DNA from: an uncultured virus (IMG/VR IMGVR_UViG_3300038656_000077)
Lineage: Duplodnaviria > Heunggongvirae > Uroviricota > Caudoviricetes
Virus record (IMG/VR): IMGVR_UViG_3300038656_000077
DNA: 64,000 nucleotides
Reading direction: 5' to 3' (one strand)
In this document: piece after piece, positions 44,792 to 54,829 of the stretch
How positions within the stretch are numbered: position 1 is the stretch's first letter
Layout: each line of letters opens with the position of its first letter
Position numbers and translations under genes: made by a program
The notes under the pieces: model-generated
The model's database searches: none
Told to the model about the DNA's origin: nothing
The model's input: the letters and a program-made list of their open reading frames with translations, nothing else

Positions 44792-45808
44792 TTATAAAGT
44801 TGTTACTAAGTTGTCGTTATCGTCGTAAAATCTAACTGTCCAGCCTCTATTTAATAAATATTGTACTCTTGTGTTTACACTTCCGCTTCCTTCATAATCT
44901 AGCATAGCAATATTTACTTCGGCTTCCCTGTCAGTGGGTAAATATTGAAAAACATTATTTTCAATAACTTTACATTTTCTTAAAGATATTAATTGAATAG
45001 AGTCCATCTCTCTAAATGTATAATTACCAGCATCTAAAACAATAATGTTAGGGAAAATAAGCTCTGTTATGCTGTGGGTCCTCCAAAAAGAATAACGCCC
45101 TATTGAAGTAACTCCAGGATTAGTAAAATTTAAAGAACCTTGAATATTAGAAGAATATCTAAAACTATTACTACCTAAAGAACTAATTAAACTTGCATCA
45201 AAAGGTAGGTTAATCTGTTTATTCCAAAATTTTGGTGTATCATTAACATTAATATTAGTTCCATAATTATTTATAATATTAAAATTGCCAGTAATACCCC
45301 CAAAATTTTCTAATAATGGAAAATCTAAAGTAACGGTTTTACTTCCATTACTCGTTCCTAAGTTAGCTAGAGAATCATTACCAAAAGTAACCAATTTAGG
45401 CATTTCAAAGACTTCAATTTGTCTTAAATCTCTCAATCCTTCATTACCAACACTAGTTCTATTAAACATTTTTAAAACTTTTATATTAGCACCCGAGAAC
45501 AAAAAAGAACCAGCTCCAGTGATTTTATAACTTTCAAATCTAGTAACCGCCGTGGCTAAATCTTTTTGTCTTTGGGTAGTATTGCTTCTATCAGAAAAAG
45601 AAAAAGATCTATTTATAGCATAATCATTTACTGAGTGCCATGTTATAGTGCCGTCAGTATTAAAAGATAAATTTTTAATATTATTTTCGGAAACAGTAAA
45701 TTGCTCAGCTAATTCTGCCTTTGTAGTTATCAAAGCGTTGCACCCCTCTAATATATCCGTTATAGGAAAGCCTAATGCTCTACGATTAAAAAAACTAAAC
45801 TTGTTCAT
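44792..45808 (-). CDS. BspA-type leucine-rich repeat protein
   Basis: Repeats such as VTSIGRYSF, LIFPNI, ISSLGSNSF, MPKLVTFGNDSL. Confidence 0.75.
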   Translation of the reverse strand: MNKFSFFNRRALGFPITDILEGCNALITTKAELAEQFTVSENNIKNLSFNTDGTITWHSVNDYAINRSFSFSDRSNTTQRQKDLATAVTRFESYKITGAGSFLFSGANIKVLKMFNRTSVGNEGLRDLRQIEVFEMPKLVTFGNDSLANLGTSNGSKTVTLDFPLLENFGGITGNFNIINNYGTNINVNDTPKFWNKQINLPFDASLISSLGSNSFRYSSNIQGSLNFTNPGVTSIGRYSFWRTHSITELIFPNIIVLDAGNYTFREMDSIQLISLRKCKVIENNVFQYLPTDREAEVNIAMLDYEGSGSVNTRVQYLLNRGWTVRFYDDNDNLVTTL

Positions 45809-48376
45809 TTATCTTTCTTTTTTGTTGTACCACCATTCATACTCTGTAGTAGAAAGTCCAAAGATTGATATTTCCATAATTTCATCAGTGAACCAATTAT
45901 CAGTATTACCAATAAAACTAGCAGATCCATCTTTATTAATAAGAATTTCACTTGCTACAGCAGTAGCATTTTGAACTCTAATAATTCTTTGTACACCTGC
46001 TCTTAGATTTGTGAGGGTAAAACTAATTTCATCCGTAGGAGCTGACCAGTTATATAACTCTAGGTTATCTCCTGCAAAATCTATTTCGTTAGCTGGTGAT
46101 GCAAGGGTTTTAAAAGGGATAGGAAAAGAAGAATTAGGGATTTCAATTAATTTTAAATCTCCGAATAACGCACTCACATCACTGCCTTCGGTTCTTATTT
46201 CCCAAAAGCAATGTTGCCCTGCGGTTTCTTTAAGAAATTCTGAAAACACATTCAAAGTACCTCCTGCTTCTCCTGAAAAAGGTTCACCAGATTCTGCTGA
46301 AAAGGTTACTTGACCTGTGCCACCTTGCTTGCCTTGAAATTCTAAGTTAGCAGGTAGCCCGTTAGGCACTACAACCGTACACGCATTAGAGAAGATTAAG
46401 AATTTATCTACATCGCTTTCTAATAATATGTAACTAGATGCTGTAACTGTTTTGTTGGTTCTTGCTGTAAGATCTTCTCCTTTAGGTCCTGTTTCTCCTT
46501 GTGGTCCAGTTAATGAATCTATAAAATCCTGTTGACTTCCAGTGTTTCCAGCATTTAGCCATACTTGATAAGCTGAATCACCGTCAGCACCATCAAAACC
46601 GTCAGCACCATCCTCTCCTTTAATTGAATCTATAAAGTCTTGCTCAGTTCCTGTATTGCCTAAACTTAACCAAACATTATAAGCTGAGTCACCAACACTT
46701 CCATCATTTCCATCGTCTCCTTTAGGTCCTATTAAACTAGGAGTAGTAAAAGTAGTTCCATCTATATATGTAAATGTTAAAGTTCCATCACCATTATCTT
46801 CAATATTTTCTATAGAGTTTCTATCTGTAAGATTAACTAAAGTACTTTCTAAATTAGTTATAGCACTAATAGGATGAGAATTTACTTCATCACGTCCTCT
46901 TAATTGTGAGTGAATAATTTGTAAAGGTGTAGTAATATAACTCCCGTTACCATTTCCAACTTGAAAAGTTACAGTTACATTACTAGTCCTTGTTGTATTT
47001 GCATAAATTTTGATTCCTAATCTATCAGTCTCATTTGTGTTATAAGCAGGTTTAGAGATTTGACTAGCAACCATTTCCGCTATAGAGTTATTTATTTCTC
47101 TACTATCAAAAGTAAATAAAATCGTTTCAGTACCACCTACTGTTCTTTTAAATACTTCATATCTTAATTTTGTAATTCCTTGTGAAGCAGTTATACTTAC
47201 AAAAGAATTAAACACCCACAACCCCGAAGGTATTTGGGTAGTTGCTAAATCAGTATTAAAGATATAATCTTGTACTAAGACTTCGTTATTATTTACTACT
47301 GTATTAATGGTAGTTGCATTATTATCATCTGAATAGCTTAATTGTTTATAAGCTGGTACATTTATACTATCTAAATTAGTAAAATAAACGTTACCTGCGT
47401 AACCTCCTGAACCAACGCTTTCATTTAACTTTGTCCTTACTTCTGGACTTAGCTTTGGCTCTGTTACTGTATCATCATCTATTTCCGCAGTTGACACCGT
47501 GTCTAACTCAGATAAGTCTCCAAAACTAGGTAGGTTTTCTATTACATTTATATCTATTTTTTTACCTTCTTTGGGTCTTATGGTTGTAGATGTATCTGTT
47601 TCCCACTTACTATTATCTACTAACTCTTCATCGGTTATTCTACTAAAATCTTCTTCCGTTGGTTCATATACTCCGAGCCCTACTGGACCAGTATCTCCTG
47701 AGTATAACCATGCTTGGTTACTTCCATTTTGCTCTGCTCTGAATATAGTGTAGGCTTCACTTTCATCTTGTAAATTATAAGGTGGTGTTTTTGCACTTAC
47801 AAATTCCCAAATTTCTTGTGAACCTATATCTCCTACATCTATTGTCTCTGTATTTCCCCCTTCTAGACTTCCTGTAGAAAGAGGTTCTTTTGATATTACT
47901 TGTATTTGAAAAGCCTCTACTGTATTATTCCCCTCTCCATAGTCTCCTGCTACTACGTCTTTTTTTTGAAACACGCATATAGCAAATATGCCTTTGAATA
48001 TTGTAGTAAAAAAAGGAACTTCATTTTTAGATATGGTGAAAGGATTTCTTCTATTTATATCAAAAGCTATTTGTTGAGCTAGTACTGTACTATCTCCGAA
48101 AATCAATCCCGATGAAGGTACATTTATAGAACTAGTAAAAATTCCTGCACTATTTTCTTTTAATACTAATTCACTATCAGCAGTCCCTGTATTCCACCAA
48201 TACTCTAAAACCTCTCCGTCCTCTACAACACCTACAGTTTTGCCTACTTTTCTTACAGCTTGAGGTACCCTGGACTTTGCTTCAGCCAAAGAGTTCCAAA
48301 CACCATAGTAAAAGTCAACATTTGACTCAGGGTTTACTACTTTTATAGTATTCGCTAAATTAAAAGTGTTATCCAT
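45809..48376 (-). CDS. Mosaic tail fibre protein (855 aa)
   Basis: N-terminal anchor shared with 48381..49526; H.QL.GRD...SHPISAI; collagen-like GDSAY.VWL repeats. Confidence 0.8.
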   Translation of the reverse strand: MDNTFNLANTIKVVNPESNVDFYYGVWNSLAEAKSRVPQAVRKVGKTVGVVEDGEVLEYWWNTGTADSELVLKENSAGIFTSSINVPSSGLIFGDSTVLAQQIAFDINRRNPFTISKNEVPFFTTIFKGIFAICVFQKKDVVAGDYGEGNNTVEAFQIQVISKEPLSTGSLEGGNTETIDVGDIGSQEIWEFVSAKTPPYNLQDESEAYTIFRAEQNGSNQAWLYSGDTGPVGLGVYEPTEEDFSRITDEELVDNSKWETDTSTTIRPKEGKKIDINVIENLPSFGDLSELDTVSTAEIDDDTVTEPKLSPEVRTKLNESVGSGGYAGNVYFTNLDSINVPAYKQLSYSDDNNATTINTVVNNNEVLVQDYIFNTDLATTQIPSGLWVFNSFVSITASQGITKLRYEVFKRTVGGTETILFTFDSREINNSIAEMVASQISKPAYNTNETDRLGIKIYANTTRTSNVTVTFQVGNGNGSYITTPLQIIHSQLRGRDEVNSHPISAITNLESTLVNLTDRNSIENIEDNGDGTLTFTYIDGTTFTTPSLIGPKGDDGNDGSVGDSAYNVWLSLGNTGTEQDFIDSIKGEDGADGFDGADGDSAYQVWLNAGNTGSQQDFIDSLTGPQGETGPKGEDLTARTNKTVTASSYILLESDVDKFLIFSNACTVVVPNGLPANLEFQGKQGGTGQVTFSAESGEPFSGEAGGTLNVFSEFLKETAGQHCFWEIRTEGSDVSALFGDLKLIEIPNSSFPIPFKTLASPANEIDFAGDNLELYNWSAPTDEISFTLTNLRAGVQRIIRVQNATAVASEILINKDGSASFIGNTDNWFTDEIMEISIFGLSTTEYEWWYNKKER

Positions 48377-48380
48377 TTTC

Positions 48381-49526
48381 TTAACTTAATGTTATCTCTG
48401 CCATTACATTCAAAGGAATTGCTGTTTGTAGATTAAAAATCTTATAATTTACTAGATTTCCTCCTCCATCTTCCACACTTATAGTAGATTCTAAAAAGTT
48501 ACCTGTTATATTTTCGTTGTTCTGTGTCATCACATTCACCAAGTCTTTAGTATCTGGGATTACAATAGTAAATCTAGTGGTATTTATATTTACCGTAAAC
48601 CTATCTGTGTTACTAAAGTTTGAGTTTAAACTCCTTATTGCTGAAGAAGTTGTCGGAAAGTTTGCAACTGAACCAAAAAATTGCCTGTACCTTCCTACAA
48701 GTTGCACATTGTTATCACCTATAGTTCCCGCTGGAAAAGGGAAATTAAAATTATTCCCTTCACTGTTTAATGGCTGCGGTCCTATTTGATGAGTCACTAT
48801 AGACTCAAACTCGTTTTGTCCTTCTGTTACCACATGAGAAAAAGATATAGTATCGCCCGCCTGACTAGTTCCATCAAAGCTATACCCTGATGCTGCTCCT
48901 GCTCTTAAGTCTTGGGTGGCGTTTGGGTTCCATAATCCTGAAACCAAGTCCCCTCTTATAAGGCCTCTATTAAATTGTCCTGTGAGGGTTATGTTGGCTG
49001 TAGAACCTACCTCTCTAATTCCTGTTATAGAAGTAGCCAAGTTATAAGATGGTGATATAAAAGTTGGTTCGTAAGTAGAGAGTAGTAGTAATTTTACGAA
49101 ATCTGTAAAAGACAGGCCTTCTTCTAATATATCACCTATATTTATGTTACCCGCTGCAATTTGTGCAGGAACTTCTTCTTCTAAATTTCCTAGTTGATCT
49201 AAATCAAGATTTTCTAATAAAGTGTCAACTTGGTCAGATGTATAGTAATTATTCAGTAATTTATTTATTTGAGTGCTAGTCAGATATTCAGATAAATCAA
49301 CTTCAACTCCTTTTTCTATTAAATCAGAGTCTTCTGTACCATCTTTCCACCAGTACTCGACAACACTAGTGCCATCTAATACACCTACTGTTTTACCTTT
49401 TGCTCTTACAGCTTGTGGTACATTTAATACTGCGTCTGTGACGTTATCCCAAACTCCGTAGTAGAAATCCACGTTTGAAGAAGGGTTTACTATTTTTACT
49501 AAATTGGCTAAATTGAAAGTGCTCAT
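48381..49526 (-). CDS. Putative fibre/decoration protein (381 aa)
   Basis: N-terminus paralogous to the 855-aa protein; C-terminus paralogous to the 325-aa protein. Confidence 0.7.
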   Translation of the reverse strand: MSTFNLANLVKIVNPSSNVDFYYGVWDNVTDAVLNVPQAVRAKGKTVGVLDGTSVVEYWWKDGTEDSDLIEKGVEVDLSEYLTSTQINKLLNNYYTSDQVDTLLENLDLDQLGNLEEEVPAQIAAGNINIGDILEEGLSFTDFVKLLLLSTYEPTFISPSYNLATSITGIREVGSTANITLTGQFNRGLIRGDLVSGLWNPNATQDLRAGAASGYSFDGTSQAGDTISFSHVVTEGQNEFESIVTHQIGPQPLNSEGNNFNFPFPAGTIGDNNVQLVGRYRQFFGSVANFPTTSSAIRSLNSNFSNTDRFTVNINTTRFTIVIPDTKDLVNVMTQNNENITGNFLESTISVEDGGGNLVNYKIFNLQTAIPLNVMAEITLS

Positions 49527-49535
49527 TGGTATATT

Positions 49536-50513
49536 TTAAAGGGTTACATTTACAGTTACCTCTAATGGTATTGCTGTGGAGTATTCTAATAAGTTGTAAG
49601 TTACAGGGTTAAAGTCTGCATCTGTTATTGTAAGTGTTCTTTGATTGTCTAAGAAGTTTTGAGTAAGCGTTTCGTTGTTGGAAGTAGTTATTTTTATGCT
49701 TTTTGTATTTATAACTTGAGGTATAGCTATAGTCATAAACCTTTGGTTAGCATTAAAAGAAAAATAGTTAGAGTTTTCGAATACGGAACTTAAATCTTGT
49801 CTTATATCTGCTCCTTGTTTAAAAAAGGAGGTACTGCTTCCAAAAAATATATTATATCTTCCCACTATGTTTTTATTTGAAGTTATTGTTCCTGCTTGTA
49901 TTCTTCCTGTTGAGTCCTCTTCTCCTATGTTGTTCTGTTTTAAGCCTCCTTGCTCGTAAGTTATTTCACTAGAATGAGTGACTGTTTCTCTTCCTATAAT
50001 AAAAGAATCTCCTCTTGCCAAAACATTTTGGTTTGTGTCTGTATCTGCGATTATAGTACTATCTCTGAACAGTTTGATGTTTGTTACTTCTCCTGCATCA
50101 TTCCTGAAAAAGTTTGTGCTCAGTATCCTACTTAAATTTGTTCCTGCTTCTACAACTGTAGGATTCCCAAAATCAACTGTAGAAGATGGTGGTACATAGT
50201 TTGGTGGTTGAATTATAGCATTTTTCAAAGCTTCAATGTCGTCCAAGATAGAACTACTAACTTCTAGTTCAACTACTTCTCCATTTAAGTTAACTTCAAT
50301 AGTTCCATTTGGAGATTGAATGTTTGCTATAGAGTCTGCATCACCAGCTATTAGAAAAATGTTTTTCCTAGAATCTGTAACATACATATCTACCCCTAAA
50401 GCTTCTCTTAAAAAATAAACTGCATTTGCACATCTATCTTCTTTAGCAGGCAAGGCCGTTACAAAAAAATGAGGTGTTTGTTTTGACATTACCACTCTAT
50501 TTTTGGCACACAA
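49536..50513 (-). CDS. Putative fibre/decoration protein
   Basis: Beta-rich; C-terminal domain paralogous to the 381-aa protein. The true start is probably ATG at 50489, overlapping the upstream stop. Confidence 0.7.
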   Translation of the reverse strand: MCAKNRVVMSKQTPHFFVTALPAKEDRCANAVYFLREALGVDMYVTDSRKNIFLIAGDADSIANIQSPNGTIEVNLNGEVVELEVSSSILDDIEALKNAIIQPPNYVPPSSTVDFGNPTVVEAGTNLSRILSTNFFRNDAGEVTNIKLFRDSTIIADTDTNQNVLARGDSFIIGRETVTHSSEITYEQGGLKQNNIGEEDSTGRIQAGTITSNKNIVGRYNIFFGSSTSFFKQGADIRQDLSSVFENSNYFSFNANQRFMTIAIPQVINTKSIKITTSNNETLTQNFLDNQRTLTITDADFNPVTYNLLEYSTAIPLEVTVNVTL

Positions 50514-50842
50514 TTTCCTATTATATTACAGGATTCTTCTTGTGTTGGTTCGTTTGTTTCTTGTTTGTAAACTTGTATAGCTGTATAAAAACCTTTACTT
50601 TTTGGTGGGCACTTGTCTTGAAGTTTGCCTTCTATTTTGTCCCATATGTAATCTAGCATTGAACAACTTTCTGGACAAGTTTTGTCATACATCATGAAGG
50701 TTTGTAAAAATCTTCCTTCATCCATTTTTTCACCTAACATAAACCTCTTCCACATATTCTCTTTTTCTACAAATTTGAGAAGTCTGTTCTCATATTTATC
50801 TCTATAATATTCGGGGGAAATTGTGTTTATACTTTGTGGCAT
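50489..50842 (-). CDS. Hypothetical (putative tail hub) protein
   Basis: 117 aa, Cys-containing, tightly packed in the operon. Confidence 0.6.
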   Translation of the reverse strand: MPQSINTISPEYYRDKYENRLLKFVEKENMWKRFMLGEKMDEGRFLQTFMMYDKTCPESCSMLDYIWDKIEGKLQDKCPPKSKGFYTAIQVYKQETNEPTQEESCNIIGNCVPKIEW

Positions 50843-50843
50843 C

Positions 50844-51389
50844 TTATATACAGTCTTTACATTCTTTATAAGCTTTCAATCTAGTAGTTGCTAATTTGAA
50901 CGCATCTTTGGCTTGTGGAATTAATCCTTTTCTAGCATTAGCAGAGGCAGCTCTAAGTAAGCCTTCAATAACTAATAGTTTGTTCATTATTTCTGTATTG
51001 AATATACTATATTCTAAATCTAGCTTTATCCAAACTTCATCTAAATCGTTTTGAAAGTTGTCCTTTTTAAGGTAATTCTTTTCTAGAACTCTTTCTCCAT
51101 CTTTACCTGCTTTAAGCTGTATATTGTATATACCATCAGGTAATTTTTCAGTGTTTTCTTCGCAGTCAATGTGTGAAGATAAGTTCAAACTTAAAGAATT
51201 AAAACCGTTAGTTTTTTCTTTAGCAAATACAGAAACTATAGGTTCATCTCTATTAGGCGTTTTTATTTCTAGATAAGCGGGCATATTTTTTATGACACGC
51301 CATCTAGAATAATCTGCAACTAATAGAATTTCAGGATCCCCTGAGTCTAAAACTTGAAAGTTTAATTTTATTTTACCTATGTCTGACAT
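50844..51389 (-). CDS. Putative tail hub/structural protein
   Basis: 181 aa; LPDGIY.I motif; position at the head of the fibre genes. Confidence 0.6.
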   Translation of the reverse strand: MSDIGKIKLNFQVLDSGDPEILLVADYSRWRVIKNMPAYLEIKTPNRDEPIVSVFAKEKTNGFNSLSLNLSSHIDCEENTEKLPDGIYNIQLKAGKDGERVLEKNYLKKDNFQNDLDEVWIKLDLEYSIFNTEIMNKLLVIEGLLRAASANARKGLIPQAKDAFKLATTRLKAYKECKDCI

Positions 51390-51398
51390 TGTGAATTA

Positions 51399-51542
51399 TT
51401 AAGGTGTCTTTACTATATCTACTCTGCCTTCTAGTACGGTTAAGTCCTATTGTAGAGATTGCTTCTCTAGTTCAAGAGCATCTATTTTTTCCATTAGGTC
51501 TGTGACCATTGCGGGAAGATTGAACCAAGTTACTTTTTCCAT
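51399..51542 (-). pseudogene. Small coiled-coil ORF with an internal TAG
   Basis: MEKVTWFNLPAMVTDLMEKIDALELEKQSLQ*DLTVLEGRVDIVKTP; TAG at 51447-51449. Confidence 0.55.
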
Positions 51543-51554
51543 TTTAATTGTTAT

Positions 51555-52046
51555 TTAATTGTTTTTAGATATTTTTTTAAATTTTTCTACTCCTCTAGAA
51601 CCAAAGTAAGCTAAACATACAGTTATTAAAAGATTTTTTAATAGTTCTACCCACTCAGGGGCAACTATAAAAGTCTTTATAGAACTATCAAGCATTACAA
51701 ATATGAACATGCAAGCCATTAAAAATGCTAGTACCAGCGGTCTTATATTTTTACTTAGCCAACTATCCGAAGTCATGTCGGCTTCCCATCTCTTTGTAAC
51801 GTTAAGCATATCTTGCTTATCCATTTCAATTTCAGCCTGTAGCATTATTTTCTCACTTTCTGTGAGTTCTTCTGTTCCTGCTATTTTATCTGATAACTTT
51901 TTAAGTCCTTCTATCCCTGTAATACTTCCTGCTATGTCTAGTAATCCAGGTGCTACATTTTTACCTTGTTTTACCAACCAACGAAGTGAATCACCGACTC
52001 TTGTGCTTCCATTGCGTTCTTTATATGTTAGTTTATCGTCTGGCAT
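51555..52046 (-). CDS. Holin (3TM/GTA-holin-like)
   Basis: RWEADM.SDSWLSKNIRPL...AYFGSRG.EK; adjacent to the endolysin. Confidence 0.85.
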   Translation of the reverse strand: MPDDKLTYKERNGSTRVGDSLRWLVKQGKNVAPGLLDIAGSITGIEGLKKLSDKIAGTEELTESEKIMLQAEIEMDKQDMLNVTKRWEADMTSDSWLSKNIRPLVLAFLMACMFIFVMLDSSIKTFIVAPEWVELLKNLLITVCLAYFGSRGVEKFKKISKNN

Positions 52047-52558
52047 TATATATCAAATAAATATACTTTTGAGTTTTTTGGATCATCACACACATCTAAA
52101 TGTACCCACGTAATAGGTTTTCCTTTTAATTTGTGTTCTAATCTTATAGGGTGTGGTAGTTCTTCCTGTACAGACAAAAGCCAATTTCTATGTTCTTCGG
52201 CTGTTTCTCCCTCAACATCATAGTCTAAAGCCATAGCTAATACGTGACCACTTAACCAAGAGTCATCCCTAGTAGCCCTTTTTTGAACCATAGGTGTTGA
52301 AGTATCTCTTATGCCTCTTTCGTCAAAGATTCCATTCCATAACCATGTGTTAACAGTTATAGACTTTTCTTTTTTTATTCTTACCCAAAGTATTGTTTGT
52401 AATAATCTTCTATCAAATCTAGATAAAAAGAAATTATCGCCAAAATGCTTGTATTTTTTGTAAGCCCCTGGACTAACTAATTCTCGTATATCAAAATACT
52501 CTAGTACACCTTTGTAAAGGTCTTCAGTACTTATATTTAATATTTGAGCTTTAGTCAT
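52046..52558 (-). CDS. Endolysin, peptidase M15-like
   Basis: YFDIRELV, SGHVLAMALD (H...D) and WVHLD zinc ligands. Confidence 0.85.
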   Translation of the reverse strand: MTKAQILNISTEDLYKGVLEYFDIRELVSPGAYKKYKHFGDNFFLSRFDRRLLQTILWVRIKKEKSITVNTWLWNGIFDERGIRDTSTPMVQKRATRDDSWLSGHVLAMALDYDVEGETAEEHRNWLLSVQEELPHPIRLEHKLKGKPITWVHLDVCDDPKNSKVYLFDI

Positions 52559-53048
52559 TTTTATCTTTTTTGTTAATATCGTATACTGCTTTTTTTAAAT
52601 ATGATTCTAGAAACTTTCTTAGACCTTTTAGTATGTCGGATATATAATCAGTGTTTTCTATATTTTCTTTTTTCCTAATACTTAATATATTTGTTATAGA
52701 GCTTATACCTTCGCTAATCACTAATATTCTGAGGATTAAGACTATTAACCATTTAAAGTCAAATCCTAAACCTAGTGCTACTAAAGCCAAAACCATTGGT
52801 ATGGTAAGTATTGTAGCTTTTGAAATCAGTCCCCATAGTAATATTTCAAAGGTAAATCTTAAGTCTTTTAAGTATACTGCTTTTATGGCCCCTAGTGCCG
52901 TATCTGCCATCATTAATATAGACAAAATTTTCACTATATCTAAATCTACATTTAAAAAAACAAACAGTAAGTATATTGCTGTTTTTGTTTCCTGCCAATA
53001 ATCTCCTAAAAGATGTGCTTTATTGTACAAGTAGTTCTCAATTCTCAT
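52551..53048 (-). CDS. Holin-like membrane protein
   Basis: Three hydrophobic helices; LMMADTALG...ISEGISSITNI; adjacent to the endolysin. Confidence 0.7.
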   Translation of the reverse strand: MRIENYLYNKAHLLGDYWQETKTAIYLLFVFLNVDLDIVKILSILMMADTALGAIKAVYLKDLRFTFEILLWGLISKATILTIPMVLALVALGLGFDFKWLIVLILRILVISEGISSITNILSIRKKENIENTDYISDILKGLRKFLESYLKKAVYDINKKDKND

Positions 53049-53075
53049 ATAGACTGTGTAGGATGTCAGGTTATT

Positions 53076-53102
53076 AAAAGAAAGGGGTTTTTACACCCCT
53101 TT
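53076..53102 (-). terminator. Intrinsic terminator
   Basis: Minus strand AAAGGGGT-GTAAAA-ACCCCTTT-CTTTT. Confidence 0.8.
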
Positions 53103-53117
53103 GTTCATTTTTCAACT

Positions 53118-54791
53118 TTAGCTTGGGGATACTCTAGGAATTTCAGCCGCGGATACTGTAGGAATTCCAGCCGCTGTAGCTACTGCGTTAAGTAACGCCT
53201 CTACTCCTGCTTGTTTTCCTGTTTCTACTGCAATTGTATAATTGAAAGCTTCTTCTAATTGTCCTGCAAATCCTTGTGAGAATGATTTAGGTTGCACTTT
53301 AAGTGTGTACACAATATATTGAGATCTTCCTTTTAGTACAGTCTCTTCGCCTAACGATAACTTAATGTATTCGTTTTGGTGTCCGTCAACATTTCTATGT
53401 CTAGAATACCCTTGAAAATAAGTAAAGTCTCTGTCTTCAAGTCCCCAAAGGTCCCCACCTAAATTTTCTAGGTCTTCTGCTCTTTGTAAAACTTTTACAG
53501 CAAATCTATCTCCTGAACCTTCTACGAAAGAAGAGAATACAGAACTTCTAAATCCACCTGCAACACTCACTCTTACAGAAGTGTCAATAAATGGCACACT
53601 GTCTCTAATAAGTTCTCCTGGTACATTTACAGTTTCTTTTCCTTCAATTTTAATTCCCATCAAAGCTGTTTTACTGTAAGTTTTTGAACCTTTCTCCCAA
53701 TCTGTAAATCCAAATCTTTTTGGAGCTTCAGTTTCAAAAGTATTTCTTAAGATAGGGTCACAGTCTTCACATACAATGTTTGAAGTAATTGTAGTTGAAT
53801 ATACTGTTTGGCATCCACCTGCTACGTTTGCAGACTCTACTTCTTTAACCACAATGGTTAAATCAGGAAAAGCTTCTTCTAGCTCTGTAAGTCTATCTCC
53901 CTCAGCATCTTCATCAGCTAATTGAATTATATACTCTTCACTAATTGCATTACACTCTTCCCCAGCAGTCCATGAAATATCTGTTCCTGTCTCTGGTGAA
54001 AAGTCTGCAGGAACCCCCGAAGCATCAATTGTAGGAAGTAATAGAGTATATACAGAAGTTTGTCCATCACGATCTGTTCTTTCTACTTTAGTTCCAAATT
54101 GCGCTTGTACCTCTGCTAGAGCATTTGAATCCCCTGCATCTTGTACACTCAAATTATAGAATGTGTGAGCAATAGGATCGGCTGGTGTAGATGGTGACTC
54201 ACTGTTGATAACAGAAACATTTATAGCATCTGTAACAGGTATCATCTCTTTTAATACGTCTCTTCTTAGAGCTTCTACAGCCTTTTCTACAACCTCTTGG
54301 TTAGTTTGGTCTGCACTCTCTTTTTCAAAGTGTAGATTTAACGTAGTACGTCCATACTCATAACCTAACACTTCAATGATACCTCCTTCTAACTTAATAG
54401 ATAAGATTTCAGGTTCATTTACATTAAAAGTTAATGCTTTTGATTCGTTGATACCATCATAACCAATAAGAAACTTATCAGTCTTTTTTTCTTGGTTTGG
54501 TACGAATACATCTAAACCTTTAACTTCGGAAAGTCTAAATGCACGACTCTCTTTGTTCTTATTAGATAGTCCTCGTGTAACACCAATTTCGTTGTTACCT
54601 AGACGAAGCTGAAACAAGTCATTTGCTCCTGCTGAGGAAAAGTCGTCTACCGCAACTAAACCGTCTTTAGTTTTATCTTTGATGTCAAAGATGCCTAATT
54701 GTCCCTTTGCAAGATTTAAAGAGCCTCCTGAAGTCATAACGTTTCCGTTAAGAGTAGGCATAAATCTTGACCACGGTGCATGTAATCCCAT
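53118..54791 (-). CDS. Abundant structural protein (auxiliary capsid-like)
   Basis: 557 aa; third gene after the MCP, followed by a terminator; assignment by synteny. Confidence 0.6.
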   Translation of the reverse strand: MGLHAPWSRFMPTLNGNVMTSGGSLNLAKGQLGIFDIKDKTKDGLVAVDDFSSAGANDLFQLRLGNNEIGVTRGLSNKNKESRAFRLSEVKGLDVFVPNQEKKTDKFLIGYDGINESKALTFNVNEPEILSIKLEGGIIEVLGYEYGRTTLNLHFEKESADQTNQEVVEKAVEALRRDVLKEMIPVTDAINVSVINSESPSTPADPIAHTFYNLSVQDAGDSNALAEVQAQFGTKVERTDRDGQTSVYTLLLPTIDASGVPADFSPETGTDISWTAGEECNAISEEYIIQLADEDAEGDRLTELEEAFPDLTIVVKEVESANVAGGCQTVYSTTITSNIVCEDCDPILRNTFETEAPKRFGFTDWEKGSKTYSKTALMGIKIEGKETVNVPGELIRDSVPFIDTSVRVSVAGGFRSSVFSSFVEGSGDRFAVKVLQRAEDLENLGGDLWGLEDRDFTYFQGYSRHRNVDGHQNEYIKLSLGEETVLKGRSQYIVYTLKVQPKSFSQGFAGQLEEAFNYTIAVETGKQAGVEALLNAVATAAGIPTVSAAEIPRVSPS

Positions 54792-54829
54792 AATTTTTAA
54801 TTTTTAATTGTTAATAGTAGTGATTATTG

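Noticed and set aside
38110..46719. Invertase-driven shufflon
   Set aside because: All repeats are direct, all genes are co-oriented, and no recombinase is visible.
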